NCBI RefSeq assembly: GCF_001194135.2
Contig: NC_068983.1
Span: forward strand, 68,614,950-68,678,949
Direction: 5' to 3'
Length of the DNA: 64,000 nt
Source of the DNA: Octopus bimaculoides
Taxonomy: Eukaryota
A program made the translations under genes and the position numbers. Below are positions 35,850-47,925 of this stretch, piece by piece (position 1 is the stretch's first letter; each line of letters starts with the position of its first letter). Below the pieces are notes generated by a model. That model ran no database searches. It was not told where the DNA came from and saw nothing but the letters and a program-made list of their open reading frames with translations.

Positions 35850-37480
35850 ATGTTCACCAAATTGTCTCTTTCTTTGCAGTGGTATATCTATGAAAAAAAT
35901 GCTACAATGTGTGCCATTTCCAAGAATGAGACTCCTAATCCCTATCAAGTACCATCCTTTCATACTCACTCTCAACATCTCAAAGGTGATGAAGATGGTC
36001 ATTAACAATTGTCTCTGAATATCACTCCTCCTTTAATGACCACATGAAGCCAGATCTACTGGAAATCTACTCTTTATAAAGCCAGATCTACTGGAAATCT
36101 ACTCTTTATAAAGCCAGATCTACTGGAAATCTACTCTTTATAAAGCCAGATCTACTGGAAATCTACTCTTTATAAAGCCAGATCTACTGGANNNNNNNNN
36201 NNNNNNNNNNNNNNNNNNNNNNNNNNNNNNNNNNNNNNNNNNNNNNNNNNNNNNNNNNNNNNNNNNNNNNNNNNNNNNNNNNNNNNNNNNNNNNNNNNNN
36301 NNNNNNNNNNNNNNNNNNNNNNNNNNNNNNNNNNNNNNNNNNNNNNNNNNNNNNNNNNNNNNNNNNNNNNNNNNNNNNNNNNNNNNNNNNNNNNNNNNNN
36401 NNNNNNNNNNNNNNNNNNNNNNNNNNNNNNNNNNNNNNNNNNNNNNNNNNNNNNNNNNNNNNNNNNNNNNNNNNNNNNNNNNNNNNNNNNNNNNNNNNNN
36501 NNNNNNNNNNNNNNNNNNNNNNNNNNNNNNNNNNNNNNNNNNNNNNNNNNNNNNNNNNNNNNNNNNNNNNNNNNNNNNNNNNNNNNNNNNNNNNNNNNNN
36601 NNNNNNNNNNNNNNNNNNNNNNNNNNNNNNNNNNNNNNNNNNNNNNNNNNNNNNNNNNNNNNNNNNNNNNNNNNNNNNNNNNNNNNNNNNNNNNNNNNNN
36701 NNNNNNNNNNNNNNNNNNNNNGATCTACTGGAAATCTACTCTTTATAAAGCCAGATCTACTGGAAATCTACTCTTTATAAAGCCAGATCTACTGGAAATC
36801 TACTCTTTATAAAGCCAGATCTACTGGAAATCTACTCTTTATAAAGCCAGATCTACTGGAAATCTACTCTTTATAAGCCAGATCTACTGGAAATCTACTC
36901 TTTATAAAGCCAGATCTACTGGAAATCTACTCTTTATAAAGCCAGATCTACTGGAAATCTACTCTCCCATATCACTCACTAGAGGGTTTATTCATGCTCC
37001 TAAGAAAATTTGTTGAAATCAGTGTTGATACTTTAAAGCTTTTAACTATGTCTGGCATGTGAATCAACTTCCCACCTATGGGCTCCATCCATCTCTCATT
37101 TCTTGGTTTATCAGCTTGTTGTCATATTGCACTATCGTGGCGTGTAATGATGGAGCTCTCTGACCTGCACTCTGTGAAACTGTGGTGTGCCGCACCATAT
37201 ATGACATTGTCCTCCACACTCTTCTTCCTATGCATCAGTGACTTGTCATCACTTCCAGCAATACCTGCTTCAATGCACATGACACCACCAATCATTCCTC
37301 TCTAACCGTGTATAACCAAGTGATATCTACCTGTAACTTACTTCACACCAAATCTGCAATGACTCCATGAACAACTTCCATTGAATTCATGACAATTTTA
37401 TCTCCTTCAACAGCATAAAAAAGAATTAATGCACCTATCATTATTGCATTCAACCACCCACAACATATCCTCCTAATACC
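35850..37480 (+). mobile_element. Degenerate CR1/L2/Jockey-group LINE RT carrying a tandem array
   Basis: Fragments in RT order: STISKVMKMVINN, ARSTGNLLSHITH, AFNYVWH, PTYGLHPSLISW, CGVP...LSSTLFFLCISDL, NAHDTT (YADD-like). Confidence 0.7.
36049..36964. repeat. 32-bp tandem repeat (GCCAGATCTACTGGAAATCTACTCTTTATAAA)n
   Basis: 4 full units plus a partial before the gap (36192-36721); a partial, 6 full units (one 31-bp variant at 36846) and a terminal 24-mer after it. No spacers. Confidence 0.95.
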
Positions 37481-38029
37481 CCCTCCTTCTACCTGTGCTT
37501 ACTCAATACAATGCCTCTCCTCTTTATCTCTAATTCTCCTTTCACAATCTCATGAAATTACCCACCAATCACTCTCTCCAATTCTTGGTCCAGTTCACTA
37601 TGTACACCTCCCTGTAACTTGGGTGTATGGTCCTGCAGCATCACATCTTCACCATCTCCCCTCTCTCTCTCTCTTTCTTGAGGTAGCCAGTTTCTCCTCT
37701 AATGCAAGACCCTTTTCTATCCCTCAATACTACTTCGCCACTCAGTTGAAGAGTATTGTCCTGCAAGTTACTTGGTGACCTCACTGGTACTAGTGCCACA
37801 TTAAAAAAAAAAGCATCCAGTACTCTCTACAAAGAGATTGGTATTAGGAAGGGTATTCAGCTGTAGAAATCATCCAAAACCAACAGCAGAACTTAATGCA
37901 GTCTTCTCACTTGCCAGTTTCTATCAGACCCTCCAATCCCTGGCAGCATGGAAAATGGACATTAAATGCTGCTGCAGATGACAACAATGTGTGTGTGTGT
38001 GTATCAGATACATGTCTTTTATCTTTTAT

Positions 38030-38405
38030 CTTTTACTTGTTTCAGTCATTTGACCACAGCCATACTGGTGCACCACCTGTAGTCGAGCAAATAAACCCTA
38101 GGACTTATTTTGTGTAAGCCTAGTACTTATTCTATCAGTCTCTTATTGCCGAACCGCTAAGTTACGGGGGATGTAAACACACCAGCATTGGTTGTCAAGC
38201 GATGTTGGGGGGACAAACACAGACACACAAACACACACACATATATATACGGCTGGCTTCTTTCAGTTTCCGTCTACCAAATCCACTCACAAGGCTTTGG
38301 TCGGCCCGAGGCGATAGTAGAAGGCACTTGCCTAAGGTGCCATGCAGTGGGACTGAACCTGGAACCATGTAGTTGGTAAGCAAGCTATTTACCACACAGC
38401 CACTG
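38030..38405 (-). mobile_element. SINE family A
   Basis: Reverse complement of the 33974-34370 family. Confidence 0.88.
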
Positions 38406-38799
38406 CGCCGACATGTGGTTATGTTCACTTCACAACCAAGAGGTTCCAGGTTCAATTCTACACAGTGGTATTTGAACAAGTGTCTTTTACTATAGATCAA
38501 TCAAAACCCAGTGAATGAAATTAGGTACATAGAAATTGTGTGAAAGCCCTTCAGATGAACTATACCAGTAATTTAAAGGTTCAGCTCTGTAACTCTGTAT
38601 CACATTGATTCCACCTGAGTATTATATAAAGAGTACAAGCAGGGTTAGATTTATGTATGGGCCAATATGGTCATGGCCCAGGGGCTCCCAAGCTTGGAGA
38701 GGCCTAAACGTTGGTGGGGGTGAGGGTGTGCCCTTTCACTCAGAGAAGTCTAAAGCTTAGAGTTAAAAATTAAGAAATATCTTTACAGTGATCAAATAT

Positions 38800-39275
38800 A
38801 TCATCATCATCATCATTGTTTAACGTCCGCTTTCCATGCTAGCATGGGTTGGATGATTTGACTGAGGACTGGTGAACCAGATGGCTACANNNNNNNNNNT
38901 GGATGATTTGACTGAGGACTGGTGAACCAGATGGCTACACCAGGCTCCAATCTGATTTGACAGAGTTTCTACAGCTGGATGCCCTTTCTAATGGTAACCA
39001 CTCCGAGAGTGTAGAGGGTGCTTTTATGTGCCACTGGCACGAAGGCCAGTCAGGCGGTACTGGCAACGACCACGCTCAAAATGGTGTATTTTACGTGCCA
39101 CCTGCACAGGAGCCAGTCCAGCGGCACTGGCAACGATCTCGCTCGAATTTCTTTTCACGTGCCACCGGCACAAGTGCCAGGAAGGCGACACTGGGCACAG
39201 GGCCATCATGATTTTGCTTTTGCTTGCCCCAACAGGTCTTCGCAAGCCGAGTTCCGTGTCCAATGAAGGAGATGA
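38800..39275 (-). mobile_element. RTE 3' UTR copy
   Basis: Reverse complement of the 9660-10165 UTR; includes a 10-N gap with duplicated flanks. Confidence 0.85.
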
Positions 39276-39439
39276 CGTTGGCATTAATTCTTTTTTAATC
39301 CGATAGAGTTCTTTTAAAATTACTGAACTCTCTTTCAATTTATTGGGTTCTAAAAGTTAGATTTCAAAAACTATTAAATTCAGTTGAGTTTCTCTGAATT
39401 TACTGGGACCCTTTTAAGTTTTAGGGCATCTCTTTATTT

Positions 39440-39835
39440 TATCTTTTATATTTTACTTGTTTCAGTCATTAGATTGTGGCCATGCTGGGGCACTGCCTTG
39501 AAGAAATTTTAGTTGAATGAATGGCCTCCAGTGGTTACTTTTTTTTAGAGCCTAGTACTTATTCTATCCGTCTATTTTGCTGAACCGCTAAGTTATGGGG
39601 ACATAAACACACCAACACCGACTGTGAAGCAGTGGTGGGGAACAGTCAACAAGCACACACACATGGATTTGGTAGACGAAATCTGAAAGAAGCTCTTTCA
39701 GATTTCGTGTACCAAATCCACTCACAAGGCTTTGGTCGGCCCAAGGCTATAGTAGAAGATACTTGCCCAAAGTGCTGTGCAGTGGGAATGAACCCGAACC
39801 ATGCGGTTGGGAAGTAAACTTCTTATCACACAGCC
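39440..39835 (-). mobile_element. SINE family A (diverged)
   Basis: Reverse-complement tail, body and head, with an internal inverted piece near 39660-39700. Confidence 0.75.
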
Positions 39836-40831
39836 GAGATGGCAGTCAACAATAATGCATTATCCAAACAAATGTACAAGGCAACATGTCAGAAACTATC
39901 AATGTGCAGTTACCCATTAAAGTCATGAAATATGCCAAAAAGGTTTTGGGAAAAATACAAAATTGATACGAAATTATAAATTTTCTTTGTATTTAGATCA
40001 TTTACAACGTTATATTTGTTTTTACAATGCCTATTCCCATAGTTTACATCTAAACAGCTGAAAATTTCAAACGCTAAATTGAAGGCCCCACTTGGTCTAA
40101 ATTCGGCCTTGAGTGCAAGTCTCTATAGATTACTTAGTCATTGAGTAAGCAGTTCATTTGATCGAACTGGAATACTCATTGCCGAAATCAACAGAGAATC
40201 CATTTACATTTAATGTTTTATATGGGTATGTATGTTCGTGTGTGTTTATATATCACAGCTGCTACACGAGAACTGATGTAGTTGAATATGTGTATTCATA
40301 AACAATGCATTATACACACGCAGATATTAGAGTGTGTAATGTTATGTACTGGTTATATATGGTGGATGGTTACAAAGCGCGTTATAACAAGAAACGTTTG
40401 CGGCGGAGTTTCGGGTCAGAGCGCCCACATAAATTGGATTTTCTCCGTTTTGACGGGGATTTTTACCAATTTTTTTCCCCGAATCACGGCCTTCGAAGTG
40501 ATGTGGGGGAGGGGCGTATTTTATGCAAAAAATGTTTTGAAAATTTATGAGGTTTTTTTTCATCTTCCCTGCCTCAACATTTTTCTCCGGGCCGATTTTG
40601 GCCAAAGTTTTTGGTGCTACGCACTTAAAATCCGTGGGAGAAGACTTTTCGGTTAAGAAAAAAAAAAAAATTCAAACGAAAAAGGAGATTTGACTGTTGT
40701 TTCTAGCACATCCCACGACCACCTTCCTCGGTTTTTGTCACTCTGACATGTATTGATGTTTCTCTATTTTCTTCCCATAAACACGCGTGTATATGTATGT
40801 TTGTATGATTGTGTGTGTGTATGTATGTATG

Positions 40832-40869
<38 letters not shown>

Positions 40870-41884
40870 CTATTGAAACCGAAAAAACTTCATAAACTGT
40901 TACTCAATGTTTCGCGTAACCGATTATAATTACTTTAGCTACGGTATTCGAGTACTATTTTCTTCAACTTGTTTTGCACTTATGATCTCGCAGCACGCGC
41001 GTGTGAGTGTATGTATGTATGTATCTATGTATACACACACACAATCATGTGTCTCAACACGTCCACCGTCAAGGTAAAAAAAAATGCTTGTCTGTTTGCG
41101 GTGGAGGTATTCTGTGATGATCGATTTTTGTGCTTTAATCAGACTTTTGTGACTTCAAAGGTTCAAAGAGGGAGCCTCTTATATGTTCCTCGACTTACTT
41201 AAAACAGTAGCCAAACTTCCTTCAAATTGTGCTCTAATGTCTTAAATAAGGAAGTACATAGATAATAGAGCTCTAGATACGTTAAGTTTGAAAAAGGACT
41301 GAGGTGGGCGCACGGCCGGAATGTTTTTTTGTTTTTTTAAATAAATCTACTTAATTAGAGACAACTTGAATCAGAACGACAAAGAAGTGTCTAGTTGGTT
41401 GACCGACCTTCTCGAAATAGCAACCAAATTATCCTCAAATCGTATCCCCACCATGTTAATAAAAGAACGAGGACACATTAGATCAAGTAGTTCTAGATAC
41501 AATATACCGGGGGAAAATAAGACAGGGTGGTCAATGTTGGAACACTTTTGATCAGAAGTCTGTTCAATCATGGTGATCCGGGGTTAAACAAGAACAACAT
41601 AATATGACATACACGCATCTCACAAAGATTATCCGCGCAGTTCGTAGACAAAATCTTCCTACAGGTGTGTTTAAAGTCTGTGTGTGTAAGACAGATATCG
41701 GGAGAATAGAATAGAAAAATTTTAAATACCTGTTAATATTCGACGAAGTGTGTCACAGCTGATAACATTAGCGAACAAAGGAAGTCCTAAAAGTTGATTA
41801 CCAAACACTCACTGGGAAGCTTGTTAGAGTGTGAAATTTGACACTTCCCAAACAGACAACTGATGAACTGTGGAAATCCCTTGT

Positions 41885-43025
41885 TCTCTCTTTTCCTCCT
41901 GTCTCATTCAATCATGACGATTTTACGTGAAAACTTCTCCAATAAACACGCTTACCTAAATTGTGATTACATCAAGGTGAGTAAACAAGTCTTCTTTTTT
42001 CTCTTTTTGTTTTTCCTCCTCCGCACTTATTCTCTTGTCACGTCTCTCCTCCTCTCTACTTTTCGTTGTATTATTCTCTCTATTACCTTCTCTCTAGGTC
42101 ATTCACGTTATGCTTTTTTTTTGTTTCGTTCAGTAAAAATTTCATCTCCTGTCAGGAGTTTAAATGACCAATCCGGCTTCTCTCTCACTCGCTCTTTTTC
42201 ACCCTCCCTTTCTACCTACATTCCTCTCTTACTTATCACCCCCCCACCCCGTTTCTCTTTCCACTTCATTCTAATATCTTTTTCTTAGTTACCTTTTCTC
42301 TCTTCTCCATTCATTTCCCCCTACTTTGCTCACTTACCTTCACCTATTTCTTTTTTACTTTCCCTCTCACCCTTCCTCATATTTTTTTATTTGTTAACTT
42401 CTCTCTCGCTCTTTCTCTTCCCCCTCACTTCTCCTACCTCTACTTTATCTATTATATCCTTTCTTTCTCTTTTACTCTTTCTCTCACGTTTTCTTTCTTT
42501 TCTTACATTTTCTCTTCCCCTCTCGTTTCTAGCTCACTTCCTTATTTTCCTGTTCTTTCGCACACACTCCACTTTTCTTCCCTTCTCTTCTTCTACGTCT
42601 CTTTCATTCATTTCTTTTTTCTCACACCCATTACGTGTTCTTCTCTTTTGTATTTTCTTCTTTCTCTTTTCAATCCTTCTATTTAATTCATTGCGCTTTA
42701 TTTTGCCCCTCTTCCTTTGCACTACTCCTCTTATTGCTCTTTCGCTTACTCTTTTTCGTGTTTCAGTAAAGTGGTTTTCTCTTACATTTTTTTTTTTGTC
42801 TTGTTTTATTTCTTATAACTTTTTTCTTTTGTAATCTAATTACATTGACCAATACCCGCAGTATAGTGGTCACTCAGCTTCTATCCAACCAGTTCGCCCA
42901 TTGTTTCTTTCCCAGTTTCGCTATCAGCATGTGCCCACTCTCTTTCTTGGCCACTCTTTCACCCACTGTCTTTTTCTCTCTCTTTTCTCCACACACACAC
43001 ATATATCCCTCTTTTTCTTTTTAAC
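41885..43025. repeat. About 1.1 kb CT-rich low-complexity tract
   Basis: Plus strand is overwhelmingly C/T with no fixed period. Confidence 0.9.
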
Positions 43026-43068
43026 TCAGCCTCTACCTGTCTGTTGCTCCCTGAGAGTTTAATTATTT

Positions 43069-43334
43069 CTATTTGTGAATTGATCGGATGAAGAAAGAAT
43101 AGTGACCAGACCTTCGTTGATCCTCCGAGGCTGGTGATACTAATGTAGTCAGCTGTTCAACTTGATCTTTTACAAAAAGAAAATGGGAGTTGTAACTCTC
43201 GAGCGTAACAAATGCTTGTTCAAAGCGATTTAGTACGACATTAAAATACTGAGGATTGTCGAGAGCAGAGATGGGTAGATCGAGTGGGTCTACTTCGAGA
43301 TGGTGTGCATCTTGTTTTGAGTAAAGTAGAAACC
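43069..43334 (-). CDS. Orphan exon-like segment, product unknown
   Basis: Good acceptor ttttttcttgtctcttctattag at 43335; open frame FLLYSKQDAHHLEVDPLDLPISALDNPQYFNVVLNRFEQAFVTLESYNSHFLFVKDQVEQL... with non-repetitive composition. No partner exons found. Confidence 0.35.
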
Positions 43335-43774
43335 CTAATAGAAGAGACAAGAAAAAAACAACACCTCCGCGAGCCAGTAGCCGTTATATGTTAATAGTCA
43401 TGGTAAAATCGCTTTCAAAACGTTAGCTAAGGGAATTAATTCAACCGGTCTTGTGGCATGAGTTTAGATAATTCAGGTAGGAAATGAAAAAAACGTGTAC
43501 AGAAAATCTTGGTGATTTGAAATTTGCCTTTTAGTGGAGAAGGATAGGACAAACTTTGCTGTTAATTGTTAGCAACTCATAAAGGGAAGGGCAAATAATT
43601 TCAAGAAATATTTATGAATAAACAGCTGCGCCGTCTCGGGTGTAGTCAGTTCTACAATACACGTCAGTCATACTAGAACATTAATGTGAATCAGCAGCCT
43701 ATTAAAGGTGATGTATATTCTAACCTTGAAAGGGAATCCCAATGTTTGGGATCCAGATTATGGCAGTGTTGCTA

Positions 43775-44470
43775 CGGCAGCGAACAGGTTGAGTCGTTAA
43801 CGCACTAGACAAAATGCTTAGCGGCATTTCTTGCGGTTCTTTAGTCTCTGAGTTCAAATGCCGCTGAGGTCGACTTTGCCTTTCGTCTTTTTGGGGGGGA
43901 AGGGGGGTTAATAAAATCTTTAAAAAAACAATTGAGCACTGGAGTCAATGTAATCGATTTCTTCCTCCGCTCAAAATTGCTAGCGTTGTGCCTATTTTGG
44001 AAAAAAAAAATGAGGTGTCGAGCTGACAGAATCGTAGCGCAGCGGACAAAATGATTAGCGGCATTTCTTCCAGTTCTTTATGTTCTGAGTTCAAATTCCG
44101 CCGAAGTTGGCTTTGCCTTTCATCTTTTCGGGGTCGATGAAATAAGTATCAGTTAAGCCTTAACGTCGATGTAATCAGCTTCCCTCTCCCCATAAAAACT
44201 GCTAGATTTGTGCCAAAAATTAGAAAGCGTTATTGGAGCCTTCGAGCTGGCAGAATTGCATGCGCGTCGAACAAAATGCTTAGCGACATTTCTTCCGGCT
44301 TTTTACGTTTTGAGTTCAAATTCCGCCAAGATCGACTTTGCCTTTCATCGTTTTGGTATCGATGAAATAAGTACCAGCCAAGGACTGGAGCTGATGTTAT
44401 CGACTTGCCCCCCCCCCACACTCTCCTCAAAATAGTTGGCCTTGTGCCAAAATTACAAAGAATTATTATT
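43775..44470 (+). mobile_element. Three head-to-tail diverged SINE family B copies
   Basis: caaaatgMttagcgRcatttc...gagttcaaatKccgc...ctttgcctttc occurs three times, starting near 43775, 44013 and 44232. Confidence 0.85.
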
Positions 44471-45054
44471 GTTGATGATGATGATATTGTCTAGTCCTAG
44501 CTTAGCAATGACTGAGCAGATCTGTGATGAAAAACGCTTCGACCGTGACTTAGAATGTATGAGGATGTTGAAAGGCGTCCTTTGGATATGTTCGTTATTA
44601 GACCTGTATAGTTCTTTTCGGCGGGGGCCATAAGTGCTATGGTTGTTCAGTGTGTGAGACAAGGTTCTGAATGGACACGTAGACAGAGTTAAAGAGTTAC
44701 GGGTTACTTGACAGGGTAGTGGCTGTGTAGTGTATGTTTGCGGTTGTAGTATTTGAGCTGGGGAAACTAATATTTTGTCCAGATCTTAGACACGTTAATA
44801 TCATAAGCCTTGAAAAGGCTTATGATATTTGTGTGTCAATGGGAAATTATTAATTACTAGAGGGACCCGTGAATATTCCACAGAATTAATGGTAAACTTA
44901 TTGGGTTATTTCTGAAAACTTTATCCAAAAAACCTGAAAGGGTAGCCTGTGTCATGTCTGTATCGAAAGATAATCGTTCATCTGCTTATCATTAAAAAGT
45001 GAAGGAAATTGGAATACGATAATTACTTAATACACTTTATATATACGCTTTATA

Positions 45055-45901
45055 GGTAATCTTCAAGTTTAGGGGGGTAAAAAAAGTAAATAAAAATATT
45101 CAAGGGAAATAACTGAACGACTCACCATTATTATCCGTTTTCTTTTAGCTGTTTATAAATAAATCACACAAGTGCTTTTTTTTTTCTAAAACAGCATGCG
45201 ACGGAATTTTTTCTTATAAAAGTTTAAAATGTTTTTTTCTTTTTACAAAACGGAAACGAAATGTTTTGCAGAAGTACCCGACGGAACGGAGCCAAAAACA
45301 ACAGACAGAAAAGAAACAATTGTGCATGGAGAGAACTTTGTCGATGGAAATGATAATGAAATTCAACAGATAAATTTCTAGGACTGCATGCTGATCTCAA
45401 TGAGATCGTGTTCATTAAAAATAGATATTTATTAATGAAATTTTCTACAGTTATGCTCCAGATGTTTGAATATANNNNNNNNNNNNNNNNNNNNNNNNNN
45501 NNNNNNNNNNNNNNNNNNNNNNNNNNNNNNNNNNNNNNNNNNNGACCTCGCCGAGTGAGGGTCACCATGCAGTTCTAGAAATTCACCTACTCAGCATTAT
45601 ACACTTCAGAAATGGCAGCCAAAAAATAAACAAATGTTTTTTTTTCTTTTGGGGTTGAATTCCGCCATAGAAATTCATATAGATAAGATGAGATTGAGGA
45701 TTTCGTTTTCAGCAACAATAAGATGTTGTGCAGCCGGTCTTCCACGAGGCAGTTTCGATTTCTCATAAGAAGCTATGATATTCAATCACGTGTGTGATTT
45801 ATTTATAAACAGAGTAGTACGGAGAATACTGGTAAGACGTTCAGTTACTTCCCTTGAATATTTTTATTTATTTTTTTAACCCCCTAAACTTGAAGATTAC
45901 C
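45055..45901 (-). mobile_element. Merlin (ISXO2/IS1595-like) DNA transposon deletion derivative
   Basis: About 115-bp TIRs starting GGTAATCTTCAAGTTTAGGGGG and ending GATTACC; 9-bp duplication cgctttata / cgctttgta (8/9). A minus-strand 59-aa frame at 45766-45587 contains SSYLYEFLWR...FVYFLAAISEVY, resembling Merlin transposase C-termini. Confidence 0.75.
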
Positions 45902-47527
45902 CGCTTTGTATACTTTATGCACAATTTTATTGACTTAATACACAGCGCTCTTCCTCTTTCTTTTTCACTATTCGCCTTACCTTCTTTTTCTCTCTCTTTT
46001 TGCTTTCGCTCTTCGCCTTTCCCTTTAACTAACCGCGTGAAAGCGTTACAGACGGGCTAAGTGACGGAGAAAAGAAGTTAGTTAAAATTACACAATTCAC
46101 TCACCACCACCACATCTTTTTACCCCTCCCCTATCTCTCTCCTCCCTCCCCTGCTGTTACGTCCTGAATTCAAATTCCACCGAGGTTGACTTTGCCTTTC
46201 ATCCTTTCAGGGTCGATTAAATAAGTACCAGTTACGCACTGTGGTCGATGTAACTGACTTAATCCCTTTGTCCCGTCCATGTTTTGCTCCCTGTGGGAAA
46301 TAAATATATAATTCTTCATTGTTATTGTTATTCAAACCCCAACAAAGGAACTTTGTTTCTTAGAAACCATCTAGTTCTTTACAGGAAGAATTCAAATAAA
46401 AATAAGAAAGAACATTCTGTCACACACGTGGAGATATTTTCACATATACATACACGAAGATTTCTATAGACATGAAACATAAATGTATACTTAGTGACTA
46501 AATTCATAAAACATCTTCACCAACATCACCACTAATCCTACACCATCAATTTGGAATCTATGTTAAAAGAAGTTAAAACGAAACACTGTTAAAGGGACAT
46601 GAGAAAGAGACCAAATATTTGGATGTCCCTCACAAAATATTGATTTTCCGTGTTCCGCAGAAAGGACATAACATTGTTTTGTCTTTATTTTTTACTTAAA
46701 CAATAGAAATCAGTATTAATATAACAACTAGCTTCTTTTTAATGACTTATTCACAGGAGAAAAGACAGCAGCTATAACCTTTTTCTCAAGGTTTCCAAGA
46801 CAGGCGGGGGTTGGGGGAAAATGTTTTCCTCGGATGAAAGACCTAGCTTGAAAGCTTGCAACAGAATGGACTCGCCTAATGACTAAATTGTCCTGTCCAA
46901 ATGAACAAAAAGAAAAAAAAGTTTAGGCCACCCGCCTCATCCTAAGAACAGAAACTGTCCCAGTAAACATAATATACTATCTCATAGATGCACATTTCTT
47001 CCAGCATACTTTTGCAGTAACCAAAGCGGCCCCTACTTTTCTCAACTACATGTCATCATTCAGATCCTGTCATCTTTATTGGCACTGCACTGAACACTTC
47101 GCCGAAATCTATTTGCCGTAGGCCATCCCTCTGGAATTCTTTTACAGACCACAGTTCATCTAGACACTGAGATCTGGATGTTCATGTAACAATACATCAA
47201 CTGCAACAATCTCAGCAGTCTGCACACTTATTTCTCATTGGATTAACTTTTAGTATGGTTATATATTCTTTGGCTGTTCACAAGTGAGGAAGGTTGCGTG
47301 TGCAGGAAATGAGCAAACTAGAATAAGAATCGTCAAATATTTTATTAACCTGAATTGCTATATTTACAAATAGACATTCAGTAAATTAATGGATCAATTT
47401 GCAATGTACAATAGTAAGGAATCTTCGGTATATAACTTGCTGTATAATGTAATGAAGGCAGTACATCTTGTCCTGCCTTCGTTACATTAATCGCTGCATA
47501 TAAATAATATGGATTACTGGATGTGTG

Positions 47528-47925
47528 CATAGGCACAGGAGTAGTATGGTAAGTAACTTGCTTACCAATCACATGGTTCCGGGTTCAGTACCACTGCATG
47601 GCACCTTGGGCAAGTGTCTTCTACTATAGTCTCAAGCTGACCAAAGCCTTATGAGTAGATTTGGTAGACGGAAACTGAAAGAAGCCATCGTGTATGTATG
47701 TATATATATATATATATATATATAGTGTGTGTGTGTGTGTGTTTGTCCCCCACCCACTATCGCTTGACCACCTATATTGGTGTGTTTATGTCCCTGTAGC
47801 TTAGCGGTTCGGCAAAAGCGACCGGTAGAATAAGTACTAGGTTTACAAAGAATAAGTGCTGGGGTCGATTTGTTCAACTAAAGGCGGTACATGGTCGCAG
47901 TCTGATATGACTGAAATAAATAAAA
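47528..47925 (+). mobile_element. SINE family A
   Basis: Head-core-microsatellite-tail organisation as at 33974. Confidence 0.88.

Noticed and set aside
36049-36964. 32-bp repeat array as a CRISPR array
   Set aside because: Units are directly adjacent with no spacers, there are no cas genes, and the context is eukaryotic.
42391-42834. 147-aa F/L/S-rich membrane-protein-like ORF
   Set aside because: Expected translation of the CT-rich tract.
45272-45381. Captured host exon inside the TIR element (ttttgcag|EVPDGTEPKTTDRK...*)
   Set aside because: Short, no recognisable homology, and more simply part of the element's own sequence; cannot be supported without a search.
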